DNA of 19,420 nucleotides, from NCBI RefSeq assembly GCF_006345805.1, contig NW_021824258.1:1-19420 (forward strand), written 5' to 3'. Of the stretch, positions 8,558 through 18,442 are shown in pieces. The position numbers and the translations under genes were made by a program. Source of the DNA: Octopus sinensis. Lineage: Eukaryota. The notes under the pieces were generated by a model, which saw only the letters and a program-made list of their open reading frames with translations, did no database searches and was not told the origin of the DNA. Position 1 is the first letter of the stretch. Every line of letters starts with the position of its first letter.

Positions 8558-8571
8558 ATATGGATATAAAT

Positions 8572-8810
8572 ATATATAAATAAATATAAATAAATATATA
8601 CATGTAAGTATGTGTATATTTATGTATATATATATATGTGTGTGTGTGAGTATGTATGTATCTATGTATATATGTGTGTGTGTGTGTTTGTGTATCAATG
8701 TATAAAAGTACATACATACATTCATACATGTATGTGTGCTTGTGCACACATGCGTGTGTGAGTGTGCATGCATGCATGTATGTGTGTGTGTGTGTGTGTG
8801 TGTGTTACGT
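8572..8810. repeat. Compound TA/TG/TATG microsatellite
   Basis: Direct reading of the sequence. Confidence 0.9.
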
Positions 8811-9199
8811 ATGCATGTGGTATTTTGTGTAAGTCGATGCCTCTCCCTTTGTTATATCTCCATAATCCAGCTGATAAAAGAACAATTAAATCCTGACCTA
8901 AATGTCTTTAATGAAAGATCTAAAGGAGAATATAACAGGCGGTATTATCAGTAACAAGGCACTAGATTTACCAAATACTTACCAAAAGTCATTTTCTAAC
9001 TATATTCTTCCTGCTTCTGTGTATCATCTTTCTACCTTCTCTTCCTCTCTCAGTCTCTTTATTTTACTCTTGTTTCGTTTAAAAGGACTCACTTCAAAAT
9101 GTCGAGCCTTTGTTTCTTTCTCCCCTCATAGCAAAACAATACATTTTCCATTTCCTGGAGATTTTTTAGTTATTATTTGCTGAAGCAAAAGTAGCAGAA

Positions 9200-9349
9200 T
9201 GGCAGAACTGTTAAAGTTGCTGGACAAAATGCCATGCGGTATGTCTTCTGACTCTTCCTGTTGACTTTGGGGAGATGTGAACTGAGAATGCCAAGAGCTG
9301 GAACCAAATACTGCAAGGCATTTTCCTTGACACTCTAACAATTCTGCCA
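9200..9349. mobile_element. Two convergent SINE-B-like heads (+ 9200-9256, - 9260-9349)
   Basis: GGCAGAACTGTTAAAG...AAAATGCCATGCGGTAT on +. The reverse complement of 9260-9349 is TGGCAGAATTGTTAGAG...AAAATGCCTTGCAGTATT...CATTCTCAGTTCACATCTCCCCAAAGTCAA. Confidence 0.65.
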
Positions 9350-9351
9350 AT

Positions 9352-9418
9352 CATAATAATAATAATAATAATAATAATAAAATAATAATAATAATAATAA
9401 TGATAATAATAATAATAA
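9352..9418. repeat. (AAT)n microsatellite, possibly the tail of the adjacent element
   Basis: Near-perfect AAT repeats. Confidence 0.95.
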
Positions 9419-9420
9419 AT

Positions 9421-10185
9421 GATCTGATGCAGTACCAGGCAGTGGCTCCCATGGCTTTCGATCTTAACTGATTGGAAGTGTTATCATGTACATTGTTTTT
9501 TGTTTTCTACTCTAGGCACAAAGCCCCAAATTTTTTGAGTCGGGTGGGGGGGGTGGGGCAGTTTATTAGATCAACCCCAGTACGCAACTGGTACTTAATC
9601 TACTGACCCTGAAAAGATCAAAGTTGACCTAGGCAGAATTTGAACTCAGAACATAAAGATAGACGAAATACCACTAAGTATTTCGCCCAGCATGCTAACA
9701 TTTCTACCAGCTTGCCACCTTGTACATTGTTTTGTCTTGGTATAAAAGATGGGCTACAGTAAATATTCTGCTCAATACCACAGATTTGCTTGTCAGTTGT
9801 TTGACCTTAACCAGTTGAGCATGTCCCTGAGTGGCTGACGTTATGTGCATCTGTGATCACAAGCAGAATTAGTGGGGTAGCATCATAGCCATGTGTTGAG
9901 AGGAATTCTTTGGGGTGTGGATAATTCACCTCTGGAAACATGGGTGTTTTGATCAACATCCTTAAACAACTCTTATTCAAGGACCTTTTGAGTGGGATGG
10001 GCTGCTAGACATGAAGAAAATTCTAACTGGGCTCCACCTGCAAAGTCATGCACTGTTTATCTTGATATGAGATCACCATGTCGCACACATATGGTTGTGA
10101 TGCACGTGCCTGGTGTACCCTTATCAGACGGGTAGTCATGATGGGTATACTGGGTTTTGTATATTTTACCCCAGTGTCACTTTGA
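9421..10185. mobile_element. Unclassified interspersed repeat, possibly a LINE 3' UTR on the minus strand ending in (ATT)n, hosting a SINE insertion
   Basis: The sequence reads through continuously once the SINE and one copy of the 13-bp duplication are removed. It abuts an (AAT)n tract. Its repetitive nature comes from recall of Octopus-type repeats and cannot be shown within this window. Confidence 0.45.
9500..9720 (-). mobile_element. Full-length SINE family B with 13-bp target-site duplication
   Basis: The reverse complement has head AGGTGGCAAGCTGGTAGAAATGTTAGCATGCTGGGCGAAATAC and GTTCTGAGTTCAAATTC. It is flanked by TGTACATTGTTTT at 9487-9499 and 9721-9733. Confidence 0.92.
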
Positions 10186-10990
10186 TGGTACTTATTTTAT
10201 CAATCCTGAAAGGACAAAAGGCAAAGTTGACCGTGGAGGAATTTGAACTCAGAACATAAAGACACATAAAATGCCGCTAAGCATTTTGCCTGGAATGCTA
10301 ATAATTCTGTCAGCTCACTGTCTTACCAGGGATGGTCATATTGGTTTCAAATTTTGGCACAAGGCCAATAATTTCAGAGAACGGGGCTAAGTCAATTACA
10401 CTAACCCCAGTGTTTAATTGGTACTTATTTGATCAATCCTAGAAGAATAAAAGGCAAAGTCAGCATTGCGGAATTTGAACTCAAAACACATAGATGGACA
10501 AAATGCCACAAAGTATTTTGCCCAACATGCTAACAATTCTTCTTTCTTTATTGCCCACAAGGGGCTAAACATAAAGGGGACAAACAAGGACAGACAGAGG
10601 GATTAAGTAGATTACATCGACCCCAGTGCTTAACTGGTACTTAATTTATCGACACCAAAAGGATGAAAGGCAAAGTCGACCCTTGCAGAATTTGAACACA
10701 GAATGTAACAGCAGACGAAATACCGCTAAGTATTTCATCAGGTGTGCTAACGATTCTGCCAGCTCGCCGCCTTTTTACTCCTTACAAGTTTTTGCACATG
10801 GCCAGCAATTTTGGGGAGTGGGGTTAGTTAATTACATCAACCCCAATGCTTAACTGGTACTATTTTTATTGATTCTGAAAGGATGAGGGACAAATTTGAC
10901 CTTGGCAGAATTTGAACTCAGAATGTACGGATGGATGAAATGGCACATTTTGCCTGGTGTCCTCACAATCCTGCCAGCTTGCCGCCTTAA
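10186..10990 (-). mobile_element. Four head-to-tail SINE family B copies (10186-10325, 10341-10540, 10541-10773, 10782-10990)
   Basis: Each shows GAATTTGAAC(T/A)CA on + (B-box reverse complement) and GGTAC(TT/TA)ATTT core. The copy at 10541-10773 has a different 3' tail (GGGGCTAAACATAAAGGGGACAAACAAGGAC on +). Confidence 0.9.
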
Positions 10991-11280
10991 ACCACTGATA
11001 GTAATATTAGCACCATTTTGTACAATCTTGGTATTTTATTTGTCTAACAGTTTTAATAAAAGACATTCACTCCTCCTCAACCATCACCACCAACACCACC
11101 TCCACCACCTTTTCAGTTCCACAATGAAGAAATGATAGATAAAAATTTTATTTCTCCTCTGCATCACCCCCGGCAACCCCCCGCCCCCCCCCATCACCAG
11201 TATCAACAACAACAATAAATAAAATCAATAATAACAACATTACAAGCATCATTAATATTTTGCCAATAAAATCCTAATCA

Positions 11281-11646
11281 ACACCATCATCATCATCATC
11301 GACATCAGCATCACCTCCGCCGCCGCCACCACCACCACCACCACCACCTCCACCATCACCACTGCCATCACCTCTACTACCACCACCACTACTGCCACCA
11401 CCACTACTGCAGCCTCCACCACCACTGCTCCCCACCACCACGATCACCACTGCCACTGCTGTCACCACCACAACATCCACCACTGCCATCACCACCACCA
11501 CACCACCACCACCAACACAACAACAACAACTCCACTACCAATAATATTGGCATTGACAACACCCCCCCCACCATCGTCAGCAATACCATCAACGCCATCA
11601 TTAACAGCAACGTCATTAACATTTTGCACCACCATCGCCAGCGTCA

Positions 11647-11677
<31 letters not shown>

Positions 11678-11830
11678 CACCGATAACACTACCACCACCA
11701 CACCACCACCAACCACCACCAACCACCACCAACCACCACCAACCACCACCAACCACCACCACCACCACCAACCACCACCAACCACCACCACCACCACCAA
11801 CCACCACCAACCACCACCAACCACCACAAG
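11281..11830. repeat. (ACC)n/(ATC)n/(GCC)n-rich low-complexity tract including a 10-bp AACCACCACC periodic segment (11701-11826)
   Basis: Direct reading of the sequence. It explains the poly-G/V/W and poly-T/P/H ORFs. Confidence 0.9.
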
Positions 11831-11897
11831 GCAGACATTGACATTCTTACACCAAACAACAGCTTCACTCTTCACTGGTCTCTCGTTTGTGTATCTT

Positions 11898-12010
11898 CAT
11901 GTGTGTGTGTGTGTGTGTGTGTATGTGTGTGTGTGTGTGTATGTGTGTGTGTATGCGTGTATCTGTGTGTGTGCTTCTCTTTTTCTCTCTCTTTCTATGT
12001 GAGTATTTGT

Positions 12011-12049
<39 letters not shown>

Positions 12050-12410
12050 TATGTGTGTGTACTTTGAGTTTCATGTGTCTTTATACATGTGGTGTGTGTG
12101 TGTGTGTCACTCTCTTTCCCTGTCTAAGCATGTGAATAAGAATGTTTGTGTGCATGTGAATGTTTGTGTATGTGTGTGTATGTGTGTGTTTGTGTGTGTA
12201 TGAGTGATGTGTGTTTGTGTATGCATGTGTGTGAATGTGTATGTGTGAGTGATTGTGTGTGTATGAATGTCGTATGTGAGTATGGATGTGTGCAAGTGTA
12301 TTTGTATAAACGTGTGTTTGTGGTGTGTATGTATGTATGGATGTATGTATGTGTGTGTGTGTATGTGTGTGTGTGTGTATGTGTGTGTGTGTGTATGTAT
12401 GTATGTATGA
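11898..12410. repeat. Degenerate (TG)n/(TATG)n field
   Basis: Direct reading of the sequence. Confidence 0.92.
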
Positions 12411-12519
12411 GATGTCTCATGTAGCAATGGCTGATGGTTGGTCTCTAAAGAGAAAACAATAATGGAAAGAGAGGAGAGGACGAGGGAGGGGGAAATAACA
12501 CACAATACAAGTATGTTAG

Positions 12520-12935
12520 AGATGATGGAGAGAGAGAGAGGAGAAGCAGAGAGAGAGAGAGAGAGAGAGAGAAAATGAGAAAAGGAAGGGAAATAAACAG
12601 TTTGTTTTTGTTTTATTTGTAATAAATTCATCTTTTTTAGAAATGGAGTCAGTTGAGATGAGAAGAGAGCAAGTTGTTATTGATAGAAAGGGCAGGAGAG
12701 AGAGAGAGAGAGAGATAGAGAGAGAGAAACAGAGAGAGGTGGGGTGAGAGAGAGAGAGAGAAAGAGAGGGATAACTCTGGTGGTGGTGTGGTGGTGTAGA
12801 AGACAGTGAAGGGATGGTCTACTGTCAATAGCTTTAGAAAATTATTGAATTCTATATATCAGAGAAATGTAGTAGAGAGAGAAAGAGAGATGGAGAGAGA
12901 GCGAGAGAGAGAGAAATGCATATATGTATATGTAT

Positions 12936-12969
<34 letters not shown>

Positions 12970-13058
12970 ATATATATAATAATATATAATAACATATATA
13001 TTATGTTTGTATATATACGACATATATAATATATACATATATAAATGTATATATATGC

Positions 13059-13142
<84 letters not shown>

Positions 13143-13200
13143 ATATAATATATATAATATACATATAATAAAATGTATATATACGTTTGTGTATATATAT
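12520..13200. repeat. (GA)n patches (12520-12915) followed by an interrupted (TA)n tract (12921-13200)
   Basis: Direct reading of the sequence. Confidence 0.9.
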
Positions 13201-13201
13201 T

Positions 13202-13912
13202 TGCTACTTCATCCTACGTGGATATCCCCTCACCATTATTCACACTGCCCTTGCTCGGGCATGATCTGTGGACTGAGCCTCTGCTCTCTCTCTTCACACC
13301 TGCCCCACCCTTACCCATCTCCTGTTTCCCCTCATCTAACAACCCTTCACCCTAAACCTCCAATACACCATTCTCTGAGCCTTCTAGTTACAGTAGTCCG
13401 ACTACTCCACCACACACATCTTCCCTAACCTACCTCTTCCCTCCTTCAAACAAGCCCATAACCTGTATGACCTCCTGGTCCACAGTTTCTTCCCTTCCCC
13501 TGCCTCCTAGCCTGGCTCCTTCCCCTGCCCATGTTGTTGCACCTGCCCGTCATTCTCCAACACCACTATCCTCACAGGCACCTATTACCATCCGTACCAC
13601 GTCACTGACTCCTTTATCTGCACCTTTAATGTTATTTACTGTATCTCCTGCTCTCTCTGCCCTTCCCTGTACATTGGTCAAATGGGACACTGCTTGGCAG
13701 ACCAGTTCATGGCGTACCCCCAAGACATCAGACTTAGCAATGGCACCCTGGTCTCACACCACTTCTGCTCTACTGGTCATTCGCTACATCTGTCTGTGAT
13801 CGGACTGTCTCTGCACTGGGGCCACCTGGACTCCCATCTTTGCCATGAACAGGAGCTAATCTTCTCTCTTCACTCCTTTGCGCCATATGGGCTCAACTCA
13901 TGTCTTCATCTG
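13202..13912 (+). pseudogene. Penelope-like element ORF remnant: RT thumb/linker plus GIY-YIG endonuclease (Neptune-like)
   Basis: One frame with no frameshift and 7 stops: CYFILRGYPLTIIHTALARA*SVD*ASAL...FPLI*QP...IFPNLPLPSFKQAHNLYDLLVHS...PGSFPCPCCCTCPSF...FICTFNVIYCISCSLCPSLYIGQMGHCLADQF...VSHHFCSTGHS...EQELIFSLHSFAPYGLNS. VIY is at 13631-39 and YIG at 13670-78, with CxxC between them, a Cys-rich linker and the C-terminal ExxLI...PxGLN motif. Confidence 0.92.
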
Positions 13913-14724
13913 ACACTAACCCCACACGGATGCCCACACACCTCCCATATTCAACTGCCCCCTCCACCTACACAGCTGCATACCCTCACCACATATGCAC
14001 CACTATACAAATACCCATACACACTGTTCAACTCATCATTTACTTCACACACCCATAACACTTTCCCACTCCACACAAGCTAGTAGCGACCACTTCTCAG
14101 CACCCACACCGCACACAATCTTCAATAGCATCACCACACATACTATATGAGCATCCACACACACTGTTTAACTCATTACACATACCACACATCCTCATGC
14201 AGACTCCTACACCCACACAAGCACATAATACCTGAACACAGACCATATATCCACTCACACGCATAGACCAAAATAGCTTTAGCCCACATATATACACTAC
14301 ACACATGCATGCACACTATTTGGTCACAGACACACATACACATGTGCACACACCACTTGAAAAAGCACACGTCAACCGGTACACACAACACACACACACA
14401 CATGTCAGACTCACATACACACTCACATACACCATTCTCACATACACACATGCTTGCACACCTTAGTTCATGGGGATAATCATTATTATCTCCCTTTCAC
14501 CCAACCTCTTCTTTTCTAGTCATCACTGGACCACTGAACTCTACACAGTTTTTCTCTCTTGGTTTTTTTGTTCTCTTTCCATTTTTCCTCTTATTTTTTC
14601 CTCTGTTGAAGAGCATAGGCTTAAAATGTAAAAGACTTTTCCATTTTTCCTGAGCATGAAACTAATACATCAGCTTGTTGTTCCTACACCTGCCTTCATC
14701 TTTTGTGTTTTTGTAAATTTTAAC
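13202..14724 (+). mobile_element. 5'-truncated Penelope-like retroelement with CA-rich 3' region, bounded by (TA)n on both sides
   Basis: The ORF remnant is followed by a CA-rich region and a pyrimidine tract, then a hammerhead-like motif at 14603-14630, then (TA)n at 14725-14736. The 3' boundary is inferred. Confidence 0.7.
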
Positions 14725-14736
14725 TATATATATATA

Positions 14737-15123
14737 AGAACATCCTCCAGTGTTCGCTACCTTACCTCGTCTGGCTTGGCGGCCCTCGTTTATTTTCCCT
14801 GTCCTGTTTTTGTTATCAACTTTGACCCTCCGCAAATCCCAAATTTTATTTTGGTTCACAGCAGCAACTGTTTCTCAAAGGCACATATTGTCGTGAATTG
14901 CTCAAAATGTGGAGTAGATAAACAGCCGACAACTGATGAAGGGTTTTTTTTTTATGTTACTTGTCTTGTTTTCCATTTGTTTCTCACATTCGCAGTCACG
15001 AGGCCAAACATCCCTGGAAGTTTCATCTGAATCCATCCAGCGGTTCTTGAGATATTTTGTCCATAGACAAACAAACACCACTGATAACAATATCTCCGCC
15101 TTAGCGAAGGCAGAGGTAATAAT
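14737..15123 (+). mobile_element. Helentron/DINE-1-like non-autonomous element (3' end well supported, 5' boundary uncertain)
   Basis: AAGTTTCATCTGAATCCATCCAGCGGTTCTTGAGATAT motif, short GACAAACAAAC repeat, and subterminal hairpin ATCTCCGCCTT-AGCG-AAGGCAGAGGT (15092-15117; 9 WC pairs, 1 G-T, 1 mismatch) followed by AATAAT. This architecture is typical of Helentron-associated elements. Confidence 0.55.
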
Positions 15124-15154
15124 CCTTGGATGGAATTAATAAATATTTAATGCA

Positions 15155-15569
15155 CAGGCGCAGGAGTGGCTGTGTGGTAAGTAGCTTGCTTACCAACCAC
15201 ATGGTTCCGGGTTCAGTCCCACTACGTGGCAACTTGGACAAGTGTCTTCTAACTATAACGCCTCGGGCCGACCAAAGCCTGTGAGTGATTTGGTAGACCG
15301 GAAACTGAAAGAAGCCCGTCGTATATATGTGTATATATATATATATATATATGCATGTGTGTGTTTGTGTGTCTGTGTTTGTCCCCCTAGCACTGCTTGA
15401 CAACCGATGCTGGTGTGTTTATATCCCCGTTACTTAGCGGTTCGGCCAAAGAGACTGATAGAATAAGTACAAAAGATTAAGTCCCGGGGTCGAGTTGCTC
15501 GATTAAAGGTGGTGCTCCAGCATGGCTGCAGTCAAATGACTGAAACAAGTAAAAGAGAGTAAAAGAGAG
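15155..15569 (+). mobile_element. Full-length SINE family A
   Basis: GGCGCAGGAGTGGCTGTGTGGTAAGTAGC...GGTTCCGGGTTCAGTCCC...internal (TA)(TG)...GGTGCTCCAGCATGGCTGCAGTC...GTAAAAGAGAGTAAAAGAGA. Confidence 0.92.
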
Positions 15570-15577
15570 CATTTCCA

Positions 15578-15699
15578 CACGCGTTTCAATAACACTCATG
15601 TCTCTTAAGGTCACAGTCTGTATTCCTGAGATGATTCCAGTGCAGTGTGTAGTATCCGGGGGCATTGGGTAGATCATCTTCATGGAGTCATTTCTTCAG
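15578..15699 (-). ncRNA. Candidate degenerate hammerhead ribozyme (type-I-like, Penelope-type)
   Basis: Minus strand: CTGAAGA (15699-15693), then AATGAC pairing with GTTATT (6-bp stem II incl. one G-U), then GAAA (15587-84), CGCG, T, G. Stem I is not evident and position 17 is G. Confidence 0.35.
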
Positions 15700-15877
15700 G
15701 CTGTATATAACAGTTATGGATGTTTATAACAGAGGGTTGTTTAACCTTTTTGACCAGCGCAAAATGTTGATTGAGTTATGTATACATTTATATGTATGTA
15801 CATATAAATCTATACAACTCTCTGTGTGTGTGTGCATGTGTACTTGTGTGTCTGCATATGTGTATATATATATGAGC

Positions 15878-16090
15878 AGGAGAAGAAGAAGAAGAAGAAG
15901 AAGAAGAAGAAGAAAAAGAAGAAGAAAAAGAAGAAGAAGAAGAAGAAGAAGAAGAAGAAAGAAGCAGAAGAAGAAGAAGAAGAAAGAAGACATAAGCAGA
16001 AGAGAAGAAGTGAAGAGAGAAGAAGAAGAAGAAGAAAGAAGCAGAAGAAGAAAGAAAAAAGAAGAGAAGAGAAGAGAGAGAGAGAGAGGG
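15878..16090. repeat. (AAG)n/(AG)n polypurine tract
   Basis: About 210 nt that are almost entirely A/G on +. Confidence 0.95.
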
Positions 16091-16223
16091 TGGAAGAGGT
16101 GCCGGGGGGAATTAATGAAACCTAGTTGATTATTAGTAGAATGATAACTATCAGTCCTTTTCAGACCACCACCACCTAAATGGTATATATATATTCTTCT
16201 TCTTCTTCCACCTCCTTTTCTCC

Positions 16224-16257
<34 letters not shown>

Positions 16258-16714
16258 CCTTACCCCCTCTCTCTCTCTCCATTCTACTACCTCTACCTTC
16301 ACCTCTACCTTCACCTCTTCCTCTCTACCGTTTCTTCTAATATATTCCTTCCATTAGACTCATCGCACACTTCGCAAAATCAATCTTTTTTTTTTCTTTT
16401 TTCTTTCTCCTCTCCTGTATTTCAATCTATTTTATCTGTGATGTCTGCATATTTCAATTCTTCACCGTTTTTCTTCTCTCTCGCTACACACAATCTAATC
16501 TACCTGGAACTAAACAAACCAAAGACATTCCTGCTGACATGGCAATATCAGTATTTTACAACATGCTCTGTCTGTATGCCTGGCTGTCTGTCTGTCTCCA
16601 TCTCCCTCTGCCTGTCTGTCTGTCTGCCCGTCTGTCACTGTCTCTCTCTCTCTCTCTCTCCCTCTCTCTCTCTTTTGCATGTGCTCTGATTAGTCATTTT
16701 AGCAGACTATAAAT

Positions 16715-17515
<801 letters not shown>

Positions 17516-17597
17516 ACACTCAGTAAATTAATACAATACTATTCTTATTAGATATTGCTGTTTCCTAATAAGACAAAAGAAACAAAGAACCCACCCT

Positions 17598-17930
17598 GTG
17601 TGTATGTGTGTGTGTGTGGGAGAGAGAGATAGGAGAGAGAAAGGGAGAGAGGAGAGAGAAAGGGAGAGAGGGAGAGAGAGAAAGGGAGAGAGAAGAGAGA
17701 GAGAAGGGAGAGAGAGAGAAAGAGCAGAGTGTGTATTTGTAGTTCTGTGCCAGTGTGTGTGTGCATGCATGTGTGCACTCACAGTGTGGTGGTGGTGGTG
17801 GTGGTGGTGGTGGGTTGTGGTGGTGGTGGTGGTGATGGTGGTGGTGTGGTGGTGGTGGTGGTGTGGTGGTGGTGGTGGTGGTGGTGGTGGTGGTGGTGGT
17901 GGTGGTGGTGGTGGTGGTGGTGGTGGTGGT
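17598..17930. repeat. (TG)n, GA-rich ~20-bp units (17631-17724) and (GGT)n tract (17787-17930)
   Basis: Direct reading of the sequence. GGAGAGAGAAAGGGAGAGA-like units recur about 4 times. Confidence 0.9.
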
Positions 17931-18442
17931 GCTTTATTAATAATTTCTCTCATCTATTTACAGAGCAAGATAACATCAACTTTTCCACTGAGAAGCAGCT
18001 CAACTGTTGTTGTTCCTGTTCTTATTGTTGTTGTTCTAATTGATATCATTACTGCTGCTACTGCTGCTGCTGTTATTGTTGTTGTTGTTGTCAAGACCCT
18101 GATCAGGGGCCCTGATTCAGTTGCCCTATCATTAAGAGACATTCCAAGCATGACATCATCCTTGCCATTGTTTTGAAAGCCATCTAAGAAACACATTATC
18201 ATTATATGTGTCTTTTCCAATAGGGAATGATTCAAGGTAAAATTGGCTATTATTTTTCGCTAGTCAAGCAACTCTTCAACTATTATGTAGAGGATTGTCT
18301 ATCAAGTGGGTTTTATTTATAGTAACTCTTCCTTGACCATTGTCCTACTTCGGTCATTGTTCTCAAACTTGTTTTCTTCTACATGTTGGACAGGACAGCT
18401 GAAACAGACAACACCTCTCACTTGCTAAATCTTTTACATAAT

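Noticed and set aside
8873-8954. Possible terminal exon after ...CCATAATCCAG encoding LIKEQLNPDLNVFNERSKGEYNRRYYQ*
   Set aside because: The acceptor is plausible, but the peptide is short and unrecognised, and there is no supporting upstream exon.
11274-12002. Mucin-like or Gly-rich ORFs (MALTTPPPP..., poly-G/V/W)
   Set aside because: These are products of (ACC)n low-complexity repeats that run straight into (TG)n, with no convincing exon boundaries or domain.
13045-13799. ORFs 13045-13428, 13173-13355 and 13467-13799 as real proteins
   Set aside because: These are alternative frames over the Penelope fossil. The meaningful frame is the stop-interrupted one starting at 13202.
14932-14950. 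CTGATGA as another hammerhead core
   Set aside because: It is followed by AGGG and a T-run, with no stem II or downstream GAAA.
15739-15765. CAGAGGGTTGTTTAACCTTTTTG as a hAT left TIR pairing with 4171-4185
   Set aside because: The match is degenerate, the order is wrong for one element (right end lies upstream) and the two are 11 kb apart with no TSD.
15665-16314. Arg/Lys/Glu-rich or poly-Leu ORFs
   Set aside because: These are translations of the (AAG)n microsatellite.
17964-18235. Exon after the strong-looking acceptor TTTCTCTCATCTATTTACAG, and ORFs 17598-18176 and 17954-18235
   Set aside because: The frames run into (GTT)/(GCT) low-complexity repeats, with no donor and no recognisable domain.
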